This document shows positions 39,946-48,372 of a stretch of DNA of 64,000 nt, one piece after another. The stretch is from Felixounavirus LF82P2, in sequence record OZ035741.1. The stretch is one strand, 5' to 3'. Positions within the stretch are counted from its first letter, which is position 1. Each line of letters opens with the position of its first letter. The notes below the pieces were generated by a model, which saw only the letters and a program-made list of their open reading frames with translations, was not told the DNA's origin and made no database searches. The position numbers and the translations under genes were made by a program.

Positions 39946-40410
39946 ATGAACAATATCATTACGGTAGCACTGGACGATACGGTAAACAAATCTGCAATAG
40001 TTCGTAAAATGATTCAAGGTAACTTTGAAGGTAAAATTTTTCGTGCTGTTAATGTAAAAGCTGATGGCAGCATTCGTGAATATCGTGCATTATTGAATGT
40101 TAAAAAACACGTAAAAGGTGCTGGTTCAACTACTGCACACAAAGAAAACCTGATGACTATCTATGATATGGGCAAGGCTTCAGAGTTAGGTGCTGAAGGT
40201 ATCGTTAAAGAAGGTGCTCCGTATCGCTCTTTCAATCTGGAAACTACTCTTATGCTTTCCTTTACAAGTGGTTCTAAAACAATCACTTATCTCTTTACTG
40301 ATGCTGCAACGGTATCTGCTATTAAGGATAGCACTGTCAAAGCTGGCGTAGTTGCTGCTGCAAAAGCTTCTTCGATGGCTGCGAATATCCTTGCTAAAGT
40401 CCTCGGTTAA
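39946..40410 (+). CDS. hypothetical protein
   Basis: 154 aa ORF, Ala/Gly-rich C-terminus. Confidence 0.4.
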   Translation: MNNIITVALDDTVNKSAIVRKMIQGNFEGKIFRAVNVKADGSIREYRALLNVKKHVKGAGSTTAHKENLMTIYDMGKASELGAEGIVKEGAPYRSFNLETTLMLSFTSGSKTITYLFTDAATVSAIKDSTVKAGVVAAAKASSMAANILAKVLG

Positions 40411-40420
40411 GGTTAAGATA

Positions 40421-40450
40421 CAGGCTCCTTCGGGAGCCTTTTTCATTTTA
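40421..40450 (+). terminator. rho-independent terminator
   Basis: CAGGCTCC-TTCG-GGAGCCT followed by TTTTCATTTT. Confidence 0.45.
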
Positions 40451-40462
40451 GGAGATTGTTAA

Positions 40463-40810
40463 ATGACATTTAAAGAGTTCTGTCAAGCTACTTTCATAAT
40501 TGTTTTCTTAGTTGGTGCAGGTGTCTGGGGAGGATACTCTTACAGAGACTATCAAGTTGCTGAAACTGAGCTAAATAATGAGAAACTAATAAGTGTTGCT
40601 AAAGATGCTTATCAGGAAGGTTTAGCCACACTCAGCACCAATTACAAAAATGATTTGAAAGATGTGCTTGCTAAGAATAAGCATACAAAAGAGGTACTAA
40701 CATATGAAAAAACTAAGCCAGAGTTTTATAATGTTTGTGTTACTGATAACTATGTCAGGGTGTTCAACGAACAAAGTGAGCAGTACATTCAAAAACTCCC
40801 AAGTAAGTGA
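40463..40810 (+). CDS. i-spanin-like protein (putative)
   Basis: N-terminal TM helix then helical periplasmic-type domain; 3' end overlaps lipoprotein ORF in another frame. Confidence 0.35.
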   Translation: MTFKEFCQATFIIVFLVGAGVWGGYSYRDYQVAETELNNEKLISVAKDAYQEGLATLSTNYKNDLKDVLAKNKHTKEVLTYEKTKPEFYNVCVTDNYVRVFNEQSEQYIQKLPSK

Positions 40811-40973
40811 GGGTGATAAGTACACCCAAGAAGAATCACGGTATATCATCAAAGGCAACACAGGCAGCGATGTAGCAGCAGCCCTTGAGTTCTATCGTGA
40901 CGGCTTTTACCAGTGCACAATCAAAGCTAACAACCTTATTGACATGATTTTATTAGGGAATAAGCAGCAATGA
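40704..40973 (+). CDS. o-spanin-like lipoprotein (putative)
   Basis: Signal peptide with lipobox LITMSGC; embedded/overlapping with preceding TM protein gene. Confidence 0.35.
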   Translation: MKKLSQSFIMFVLLITMSGCSTNKVSSTFKNSQVSEGDKYTQEESRYIIKGNTGSDVAAALEFYRDGFYQCTIKANNLIDMILLGNKQQ

Positions 40974-41239
40974 CAGAGAATCAAGATACTTTTTACGTAG
41001 AAGGGTACTTACTGTTACCACGACCAAAAGAGACTTATATGCGAATTGATTTCTCACCAACCATTATGGATAATGTGATGTGCCATATCTTTATGCAAGG
41101 TGTCACAGCACAGCTTAAACATGTTGGTAAAGAGTGCAAAATAAAGGTTGACACTCATCCAGAAATCAAAGAGAATCACTACACATGGTTCTTACCAGAT
41201 TCTAAAGAAATCTTAGCAGTTCTTAAAACGAGGAAGTAA
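40970..41239 (+). CDS. hypothetical protein
   Basis: 89 aa ORF. Confidence 0.35.
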   Translation: MTENQDTFYVEGYLLLPRPKETYMRIDFSPTIMDNVMCHIFMQGVTAQLKHVGKECKIKVDTHPEIKENHYTWFLPDSKEILAVLKTRK

Positions 41240-41241
41240 CT

Positions 41242-41568
41242 ATGCAGATTAATGGAAGAGACTTTGTAGCCGTTTACTATGAGAAAGGTAAAGAAGTTGG
41301 CGTAGCACAAGTATCTTATGGCAATGGTAAGTGGCTATATGGAACAATCGCAGTAGTAGGAACAAGAAGTGATACAAAAACCTTTAAAGATTGTGTTGAC
41401 CTTCTTGAAGAATCCATCCAGAATCATTGGTGTCTGATATGGATGACTGATAACGAAGTGATGGAGCGTTTCAAAAAGATTGATATCAACATTGACAGTA
41501 TTGAGCATGTTGATTTATATGAACTAACTGAGAAGGTAAACTATGAAAGTAATACTAGCCAGAGATAA
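41242..41568 (+). CDS. hypothetical protein
   Basis: 108 aa ORF. Confidence 0.35.
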   Translation: MQINGRDFVAVYYEKGKEVGVAQVSYGNGKWLYGTIAVVGTRSDTKTFKDCVDLLEESIQNHWCLIWMTDNEVMERFKKIDINIDSIEHVDLYELTEKVNYESNTSQR

Positions 41569-41770
41569 AAAGACACGAAAACTTATAAGGTCAGCAGTAT
41601 TCATTGGACGAAATGAGGTCATCCCATTTACAGCAAATGATGTGATAGCTTACAGGAAGAACTTAGTATTCACTGACTGCTTACGTGGCTTCATCTCTGA
41701 ACCATTGGAAGACTTTAAAAGTCGTTGTGGTAAAGGTATCATCATTCAAGAGGCAATTATTCATGGCTGA
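41543..41770 (+). CDS. hypothetical protein
   Basis: 75 aa ORF. Confidence 0.3.
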   Translation: MKVILARDKKTRKLIRSAVFIGRNEVIPFTANDVIAYRKNLVFTDCLRGFISEPLEDFKSRCGKGIIIQEAIIHG

Positions 41771-41963
41771 CTTCTGTAAAGACTGTTCTATCGAAATGTT
41801 CGGACGTGATACAGGTGACTTAAAAGGTCTTATCACTGAAGATGATTTTAAAGCTGGTTATGCAATGCCAGTAATCTGTGAAGGTTGTGGGTGCATCTGG
41901 GTAGACCATGAGGGGCAACGTGTAAAACCTTCAGAAGATAAAGAATCTTGGGAGAGATGCTAA
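41763..41963 (+). CDS. hypothetical Cys-rich small protein
   Basis: CKDCS ... CEGCGC cysteine pairs; start moved to internal ATG. Confidence 0.3.
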   Translation: MADFCKDCSIEMFGRDTGDLKGLITEDDFKAGYAMPVICEGCGCIWVDHEGQRVKPSEDKESWERC

Positions 41964-42749
41964 ATGGGTATTGTAAAAATCATCAATGGTGATATCTTTG
42001 CTGCATTTGATAAAGGTAAGTTTGACATCATTGGTCATGGTTGTAACTGCATGAACCTAATGGGCGCAGGTATCGCTGACAAGATTTCTAAACTTTACCC
42101 AAAAGCATATGAGACCGATACAGAAGTTTATCTCTATGCAGGTGGTATAGGTCACAAACCCTGTGAGAATTTACTAGGTAATTTCTCTGTAGCACGCTTA
42201 AAACAAGGTCGTATAGCTAACCTTTACACTCAGCTTAAGACTGGTAAAGATGCCCGATACAGTGCTTTAGAGTCATCTTTGAAACAGCTTAACAGATACT
42301 GTGAAGTTAATCAGTTGAAGAAAGTTGGTTTACCTATGATTGGTGCAGGTATCGGTGGACTTGACCCTCAAGCCATCACAGTTATCATCAATCAGGTGAT
42401 GAAGAGTGTAGATGTTTATCTGTATGTCTATGAAGGCGAGATGTACCACAAGTTACGCTCAGGTTGGAAGAACTACTGTGAACCAGAATACTTTGCAGGT
42501 GTAGCAGTGTTCACAGATAACGCAGTTACCCTCTTCAGACGAAGAAAAGGTAAGATACATCAAAGTAACCCTCCGGTTGAAAAGATGTCTCTAAGTAACG
42601 CTCTAGTTACCCACCTGTCAAAGAGCAATCACAGAATTGCTGTAACATTTGGTAGTGATGCAGAAGCTTATATCTATGCAAGAACTGATGAGGATATCGA
42701 GGCAATCTTCTCTTCACCAGAAGTTACCTTCTTAGACGCAAAGAACTAA
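41964..42749 (+). CDS. macro-domain protein (ADP-ribose binding/processing)
   Basis: N-terminal IINGDIF..GHGCNCMNLMGAGIA resembles macro-domain core. Confidence 0.45.
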   Translation: MGIVKIINGDIFAAFDKGKFDIIGHGCNCMNLMGAGIADKISKLYPKAYETDTEVYLYAGGIGHKPCENLLGNFSVARLKQGRIANLYTQLKTGKDARYSALESSLKQLNRYCEVNQLKKVGLPMIGAGIGGLDPQAITVIINQVMKSVDVYLYVYEGEMYHKLRSGWKNYCEPEYFAGVAVFTDNAVTLFRRRKGKIHQSNPPVEKMSLSNALVTHLSKSNHRIAVTFGSDAEAYIYARTDEDIEAIFSSPEVTFLDAKN

Positions 42750-42817
42750 GAAACTCTGTAGGATATTCACAATAGCCTAAGCCTTTCTTATCTGGTAAAT
42801 TTTTCAGGTAAGGAGGG

Positions 42818-43000
42818 CTTTTTCATTTTAGAATTGTGCAGGTAGAGTTCTGTAGAGAAATCTGTAGAGAGAATTTTGAACTCCAAAGAGAAAATTCATT
42901 TTCAAACTGTGCAGGTAATCTCCAAAGAGCTTTTTCATTTTCAAAACGTGCAGACCCCGCTCAGGTCGGGCAAGAAAAATCATTTTAGAATTGTGCAGGT
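42818..43000. repeat. four direct repeats of ~25 bp (TTTTCATTTTAGAATTGTGCAGGTA consensus)
   Basis: Copies at about 42818, 42893, 42931, 42975, irregular spacing; followed by C-rich tract 43021-43056. Confidence 0.6.
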
Positions 43001-43179
43001 AGGTTTTTATAGACAGCCAGCCCAACCCCTCTCCCCCTCTTACTCCCCCTCTCCCCAAAAGTCAAGAGAAAAATTTGTAGCGGATTGAAAAATAATTCTT
43101 GATTTGCGTTCTGTTTTGTGGTAGTCGTGCGCACCCGTTTCATTACAGTTTTGCCAAAAATATTTTTAAAATTTTTATT

Positions 43180-43208
43180 GACTCTTTGAACGTGGTTATC
43201 TAATATTT
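43180..43208 (+). promoter_or_regulatory. sigma70-like promoter (TTGACT-17-TAATAT)
   Basis: Immediately upstream of conserved leader hairpin. Confidence 0.45.
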
Positions 43209-43210
43209 AC

Positions 43211-43269
43211 ATCAACGGGGAGGGAATGACCTTCCCCACTAAATAAAATCCTAAACTGGAGATTCAAAA
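43211..43269 (+). promoter_or_regulatory. conserved leader module type A (hairpin + RBS)
   Basis: CATCAACGGGGAGGGAATGACCTTCCCCACTAAATAAA..CCTAAACTGGAGATTCAAAAATG; near-identical copies end at 44259, 45525, 45855. Confidence 0.6.
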
Positions 43270-43458
43270 ATGGCATCAAGAAAAATTAAAGTTGGCGATG
43301 AGGTTAACATTAAGCACGAATACTCTTACAAAATGCTAACTATACGCTCTTATAAGGTTTATCAGGTGGAAGCTATCCACAAAGATAATACTTTTTCCTT
43401 AAAAGGGTATAGCGAACGTTTCCCTGCTGAACTCTTTGAGAAATGGAGCGCGAAATAA
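43270..43458 (+). CDS. hypothetical small protein (cassette ORF)
   Basis: Starts right after type A leader. Confidence 0.45.
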   Translation: MASRKIKVGDEVNIKHEYSYKMLTIRSYKVYQVEAIHKDNTFSLKGYSERFPAELFEKWSAK

Positions 43459-43664
43459 TGCTTTACAGTCGCGAATTGATGGTTACAACTAACGTTAACA
43501 CAAAGGCAAAACGTTTTTACATGCAAATCTGTGGCGTATGGTCCAGAATATCAGAAGCTGACTATTGCAACTATGTAGAAACAGCTATAAACTCTAATTG
43601 CTACCTTACAAGAAATACTAAAAAATTTACGAGACAGACAGCAATTTACTACTACGATAAATAA
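43443..43664 (+). CDS. hypothetical small protein
   Basis: 73 aa ORF overlapping previous stop. Confidence 0.35.
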   Translation: MEREIMLYSRELMVTTNVNTKAKRFYMQICGVWSRISEADYCNYVETAINSNCYLTRNTKKFTRQTAIYYYDK

Positions 43665-43666
43665 AA

Positions 43667-43753
43667 AGTACTTTACAAGGGGCTTATAGTTCGATAAAGT
43701 AAGCCCCAGATAAAGAGCTTTACCACTCAATCCTAAATTGGAGAACTTAAAAA
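43667..43753 (+). promoter_or_regulatory. conserved leader module type B (terminator-like hairpin + RBS)
   Basis: AGTACTTTACAAGGGGCTT..AAGCCCCAGATAAAGAGCTTTACCACTCAATCCTAAATTGGAGA..ATG; second copy 44508-44593. Confidence 0.55.
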
Positions 43754-44158
43754 ATGGCTATTAATAACCGTGAATTATCAACCTTAAAAGCACGTTTGAC
43801 CGTTAATCGAATCAACATTATGACATCATCAGCGCCTGATGAGACATTGCACAACATTATCGGAAAGATTCAAAGCGTTATTTTAGACGTTGAAAACGTA
43901 AAAAATTCATTGGCTGACGTTGCAGCAGGTATCACGCTAGACGGTGCGCAATATGAAATGTCCGACATGTTAGGCAAATCTAAGGTAATGAATAAAGAGT
44001 TAGATTTGAAAATGTTCCGATTTGCTGTTAAAGTGTGGCTATCTGTCGAGTATGATGCTAACTTTGCAATCGCTGACTTTTTCGCCACTTGGTTGCAGCG
44101 TAATTTGACTAATCATGACTTCCGTAATATCTGTGATGCAATTTATGCAGAACTTTAA
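43754..44158 (+). CDS. hypothetical protein (cassette ORF)
   Basis: Preceded by type B leader. Confidence 0.45.
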   Translation: MAINNRELSTLKARLTVNRINIMTSSAPDETLHNIIGKIQSVILDVENVKNSLADVAAGITLDGAQYEMSDMLGKSKVMNKELDLKMFRFAVKVWLSVEYDANFAIADFFATWLQRNLTNHDFRNICDAIYAEL

Positions 44159-44166
44159 AAAATTTT

Positions 44167-44259
44167 GTTGACACTGATTTTTAGATAGGTTAAATTACAC
44201 ATCAACGGGGAGGGAATGACCTTCCCCACTAAATAAAGTCCTAAACTGGAGATTCTAAA
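44167..44259 (+). promoter_or_regulatory. promoter (TTGACA-17-TAAATT) plus leader module type A
   Basis: Hairpin GGGGAGGGAATGACCTTCCCC at 44207-44227; GGAG RBS. Confidence 0.55.
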
Positions 44260-44508
44260 ATGATGAATTTTTTAAATATCCCTGATACTTGCCGACTGTT
44301 GACGCAACCAGAAAATTTAGGCAAACCTTTCCTGTACCATATGCCAGACAATACACCAAAAACATATAGCTACACGGTTAACCGCTTTACGGGTTACGCT
44401 GCAAAAAACGGTTACAAGGTTACTACTCAAAAAGTAACACTATTTACAAATATCGAAGAGCTTCCAACAATCGCTGTAAAACTAATATTTACGAAGAAGA
44501 CGCAATAA
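44260..44508 (+). CDS. hypothetical small protein (cassette ORF)
   Basis: Preceded by type A leader. Confidence 0.45.
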   Translation: MMNFLNIPDTCRLLTQPENLGKPFLYHMPDNTPKTYSYTVNRFTGYAAKNGYKVTTQKVTLFTNIEELPTIAVKLIFTKKTQ

Positions 44509-44593
44509 AGTACTTTACAGGGGGCTTGGAAGTTGATATCTTAAGCCCCAGATAAAGAGCTTTACCACTAAATCCTAAACTGGAGATTCAAAA
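44508..44593 (+). promoter_or_regulatory. conserved leader module type B
   Basis: Hairpin GGGGCTTGGAAGTTGATATCTTAAGCCCC then AGATAAAGAGCTTTACCACTAAATCCTAAACTGGAGATTCAAAAATG. Confidence 0.55.
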
Positions 44594-45136
44594 ATGAAAT
44601 GTTTTCACGGTACTACTCAAGAAAATTTCCTCAACCTGATTAATAACGGTGATAAACCATCAGGCGCATGGAATTGTTCGGATATGGACGGCAATTTTTA
44701 CGTGTATCCAGAAAATAAAATCTATGGCGACGATGAGGAAGAAATAATCTCTGAAGGTATCCAGCAAGCTCTTGGCAATGCCACTATAACGGCAGCTTTT
44801 CAGATGAAAACTCAAAATATTGTTATCTTGGAACTTGATATTCCAGAGGATGAGTTGAATGATGATTATTCTTGTGATAATATGTCGAGCGTGGCAAGTT
44901 TTACAGAGTATTTTGATATAAGCTGGATTAAAAAGGTTTACATCACTGAATTTAATGCCATGTTTTCACCTTTTTGTCTTCCTTCATTGGATAACCCAAA
45001 TTTAAATTATCTTGATGAGTCTCTGGAGCTTCTTGCTAAAAGTGTTCAACAGTCGGACAGTATTCAGGTTTTTTGTGACATCATGGATACACTAACAGGA
45101 AACATCACAGAAGAAGATTTAAAGAGCTTTTTCTAA
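44594..45136 (+). CDS. hypothetical protein (cassette ORF)
   Basis: Preceded by type B leader; 180 aa. Confidence 0.45.
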   Translation: MKCFHGTTQENFLNLINNGDKPSGAWNCSDMDGNFYVYPENKIYGDDEEEIISEGIQQALGNATITAAFQMKTQNIVILELDIPEDELNDDYSCDNMSSVASFTEYFDISWIKKVYITEFNAMFSPFCLPSLDNPNLNYLDESLELLAKSVQQSDSIQVFCDIMDTLTGNITEEDLKSFF

Positions 45137-45167
45137 AAACCTATGCAATCACCTTATAAACACTAAT

Positions 45168-45189
45168 CAGCCCCTCACAGGGGCTTTTA
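45168..45189 (+). terminator. rho-independent terminator
   Basis: AGCCCCTCACAGGGGCT followed by TTT; identical hairpin recurs at 46144. Confidence 0.45.
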
Positions 45190-45202
45190 GGGGGCTTAAA
45201 TC

Positions 45203-45436
45203 ATGCTAACAACCATTTATCTCATCCTCTCAATTTGTAATGGCCATTCATGTGATTTTAAAGGGCTTGAGGAGTTCACAGGAAGTAAAGAAAATGCTAT
45301 TCAAGTTTGCCAGATAGCAAGGCAAGACTACCCCGCAAGTGATGATATTCAGTGTTACTTTAAGACAGAAGATGACGACGGAATCTATTTCGATAGTGTT
45401 GATGGTCAGTATGAAATTATCATTGAAAAAGACTAG
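45203..45436 (+). CDS. hypothetical small protein
   Basis: 77 aa ORF. Confidence 0.4.
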   Translation: MLTTIYLILSICNGHSCDFKGLEEFTGSKENAIQVCQIARQDYPASDDIQCYFKTEDDDGIYFDSVDGQYEIIIEKD

Positions 45437-45460
45437 ACAAGCCTGATAAAAGTCTGTAAA

Positions 45461-45525
45461 TTGTCAATCAACGGGGAGGGAATGACCTTCCCCACTAAAT
45501 AAAGTCCTAAACTGGAGTTATCAAG
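45461..45525 (+). promoter_or_regulatory. leader module type A
   Basis: Hairpin GGGGAGGGAATGACCTTCCCC 45473-45493; GGAG RBS. Confidence 0.55.
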
Positions 45526-45789
45526 ATGGAAAACGTAGAATTAACCACACTTTTACAAATTGCAACCGACAAAGAAAACGTAGCTTTATTTCACCGCATC
45601 GAAAGTGATTTGTTCAATGGTGAAATCATCAAAGAGTCTTACGAGGTTGTTGGATTCAAAGATGGTAAAACATTTGGATTCTTTGACCTCGAAAAAGGCA
45701 ACGCTGTTACAAAATATGATGTTTTATCTTGTGAGATTCTTACAAAATACAACGAAAAAAGGCTTGCAACATACGCCAATATGCAGTAA
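45526..45789 (+). CDS. hypothetical small protein (cassette ORF)
   Basis: Preceded by type A leader. Confidence 0.45.
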   Translation: MENVELTTLLQIATDKENVALFHRIESDLFNGEIIKESYEVVGFKDGKTFGFFDLEKGNAVTKYDVLSCEILTKYNEKRLATYANMQ

Positions 45790-45796
45790 ATTACTA

Positions 45797-45855
45797 ATCA
45801 ACGGGAGGCGATAACCTCCCCACTAAATAAAACCCTTAAACTAGGAGATTCAAAA
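45797..45855 (+). promoter_or_regulatory. leader module type A (variant hairpin)
   Basis: Hairpin GGGAGGCGATAACCTCCC with compensatory changes; same downstream ACTAAATAAA..GGAGATTCAAAAATG. Confidence 0.5.
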
Positions 45856-46104
45856 ATGGCAACTATCCGCGCTACTGTTAACGAGTTCGGTTTTTCCTCT
45901 CTGGATGTTAAATTTGACATTGCAGGCACTGATAACGCCTTTGAAATGGTGAAAGGTCTTATCAGTCAGACCATCAAAGACTATAATCCTTCTGATGAGT
46001 TCTGGAAAGAAACAAAACAGGAAGTTCTCAAAGAGGGTTATTCTTATCACTATTGGGGTGAAAAAATTGTCTCTCTGTACTACGACAAAGAAGGCACTAA
46101 CTAA
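45856..46104 (+). CDS. hypothetical small protein (cassette ORF)
   Basis: Preceded by type A leader variant. Confidence 0.45.
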   Translation: MATIRATVNEFGFSSLDVKFDIAGTDNAFEMVKGLISQTIKDYNPSDEFWKETKQEVLKEGYSYHYWGEKIVSLYYDKEGTN

Positions 46105-46143
46105 ACGCCGCAGCGGGGCTAAATAGCCCCAGATACCTTTATA

Positions 46144-46167
46144 CAGCCCCTCACAGGGGCTTTTTTA
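46144..46167 (+). terminator. rho-independent terminator
   Basis: AGCCCCTCACAGGGGCT followed by TTTTTT. Confidence 0.5.
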
Positions 46168-47713
46168 CGTCTATCCAATCCTTATACAATCCCTTTCCTC
46201 ACCTTTTCAGAATCTTATCAGACCTTAAAAGCAATAACTCTATAGTCTACTCTATAGCCTTTTATCAAATCAACTTAAATATAAGCCAATAACCCCAGAA
46301 AGGGGATGGCCCACTTAAACGCTCTATAAAGCGCTATAACAACCTTATCAATCTAACTTAAGGGATTGCATTAACTCACCCTTAAAAGCTCTTTACAGGG
46401 CTTTATAGAGGCTTAAAAGAATCTTATAAGGTTATGAGCTTTATTGTCTCGTTAGTATCTTGTGAATAGTTAAACAATCCCCTTGATAGTCACTAAAAAG
46501 TATGTTATAGGGGCTATAAAGTTACTTCAAAGTTACGTAAAAGGGGCTATAAAGTTACGTAAATGCTAGCCCCCTTAACATTTTCTTAACAATTTCTTAA
46601 CAATCCCTACATAGTTATGCTTTTAAGGCACTTGTTAGCAACTTGTTAGTCCCTTGTTAAATCTCTGTTAAGACCACGTAAAAGCCTTGTAAGAGTCTTT
46701 GACATAGCCTTAAAAGCTCCTGTAAAGCCCTATAAAGAGCTATCTGTACAGTTGGGGGGATAGATACTAGGAAGAGGCTTAAAAGGGCTTATAAAGAGCT
46801 ATAGAGAGCTTTTAAGAGGTATGTTTAAGGAATCACTAAGAAAGGGAAGGGAACGATAAGAAAAGAGATAGTGACCGTGTTAATAGCTTGTTAAAAAGAT
46901 TAGACACTTGTTAGAAACTTGTTAATTATCTTAACAAAATAACTCTTAAAAATTAACTTGTTAGCTCTTGTTAGTCATCTGTTAAGAGACTATAAAGACC
47001 ATGTATCGACTGTTAAGAACTTGTTACAGCTTTGTTAGTTCTGTTAAGAGTCTGTTAAGACCTCTGAAGAGATGTTAAGAGGATGTAATAGTTGTTAAGA
47101 GATTGTTAATGATATTTTAAAATTCTGAAAAGGGGGGTGTTACAGGGATGTTAAGGGCTACCAAGCAGATATACATCTTCTACAGATATTTTTCAGTTCC
47201 TTCAGAGACCCTAAAAAATGACTTGATAGTCCTATTTTATAAAAATTTTAAGATTCTGAATAATTACCTATACAGCCTTTTAAAAATACAGGTAATAACA
47301 GGCTTATAAGATACCTTGTTAGTACCGTGTTAGACCTTGTGAGATAAGGTCTGTAAAGATATTCCTGTTAAGTTTGTTAAAACAGTCTATATAGAGGCTT
47401 AGTAGCACCTAGTGAACACCTATAGAGAGTATCATAGCTTACCTAGAGATTAAGAGGTGTATAGGAGCTTCTAAGAGGGTATAGAGAGAGGGTTAAGGTG
47501 ATTGTATAGGTTGTTAAGAAGGCTTGTTAGAGGGCTAGTTAGAAGGGTTATACAGAGGTCTATTAAGACCACTAGATAGATACTAAGATACTATATAGTA
47601 CTATATAACTATATAGAGAGTAAGATTAAGAAGGTTGTTAAGAAGGGTAGATATTTTGTTCACATATGATGGTGACCCAGAGGTTGGGACAACCGATAAA
47701 ATTTTATAAAAGT

Positions 47714-47738
47714 AAAAAGCCCCCAATTAAGGAGGCTC
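47714..47738 (-). terminator. rho-independent terminator (minus strand)
   Basis: Reverse complement GAGCCTCC..GGGGGCTTTTT downstream of minus-strand gene ending at 47749. Confidence 0.4.
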
Positions 47739-47748
47739 TTAAGATATT

Positions 47749-48372
47749 TTAAATCAGTGTTTCCAGAACTGTTTTTAGGGATGACTTAGTTGTCTGATAA
47801 AAATGAGTGAATCCGTTGTTATTATCGAATATCTGCATCATGATATCATCTCCCTTGATTGGATACACTCGGATATCATAGTGAAACCCATTAAAGACAG
47901 CAGAACCATTACAGAACACACTAAAATCATCCACTGAGATGTACTCTTCATGACCTGTGATTTTTATACAAACGCCTTTACTCGGTCTCTTAGGGTTGAT
48001 ATCTTCCATCACAGAAATACTCTGTCCACCAAGAGATACCATAGTGACCACTTTACGGTTCTTCTGTTTAAAGTACATCTTAACTTTCTGCAAAGTGTCT
48101 TCATAGAATGGATAAGACCTTTCTACAAAGATTCCTTCAAGTGGCTCTTTACCATTTTCAACTTCTCGGTTATGCCGTACTGCAAAGATAATTTGTTCGA
48201 ACCAGTCAAGATTTTCTTCGGAGAGTGCTTCTCGAACATCACTCCAGTCAAGTACTAGGTAGTTACCTTCAACTTCTTTTAAGTTATCTTTTTCCATAGA
48301 TATCACACCATTATCGTAAAACTTGATATTCTGGTACTGCGAATTTATTACTATTGTTCTTGATGAGGTCAT
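47749..48372 (-). CDS. hypothetical protein
   Basis: 207 aa ORF. Confidence 0.45.
   Translation of the reverse strand: MTSSRTIVINSQYQNIKFYDNGVISMEKDNLKEVEGNYLVLDWSDVREALSEENLDWFEQIIFAVRHNREVENGKEPLEGIFVERSYPFYEDTLQKVKMYFKQKNRKVVTMVSLGGQSISVMEDINPKRPSKGVCIKITGHEEYISVDDFSVFCNGSAVFNGFHYDIRVYPIKGDDIMMQIFDNNNGFTHFYQTTKSSLKTVLETLI

Larger units (their letters stand above)
46105..47748. repeat. 1.6 kb ORF-free region densely packed with short degenerate repeats
   Basis: No ORF of 60 aa or more; many copies of YTGTTAAGA / CTTGTTAG (densest 46900-47120) plus CTTAAAAG, TATAAAG and TATAGAG words. Confidence 0.6.

Noticed and set aside
42828-43058. Minus-strand ORF (76 aa, Gly/Arg-rich) across the direct-repeat and poly-C region
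   Set aside because: It is the reverse translation of the repeat units and C-tract, with low-complexity sequence and no RBS; most likely not a gene.
42780-43080. Possible CRISPR array
   Set aside because: Only four degenerate repeats with irregular spacing and variable sequence, no cas genes nearby, in a phage context; iteron-like repeats fit better.
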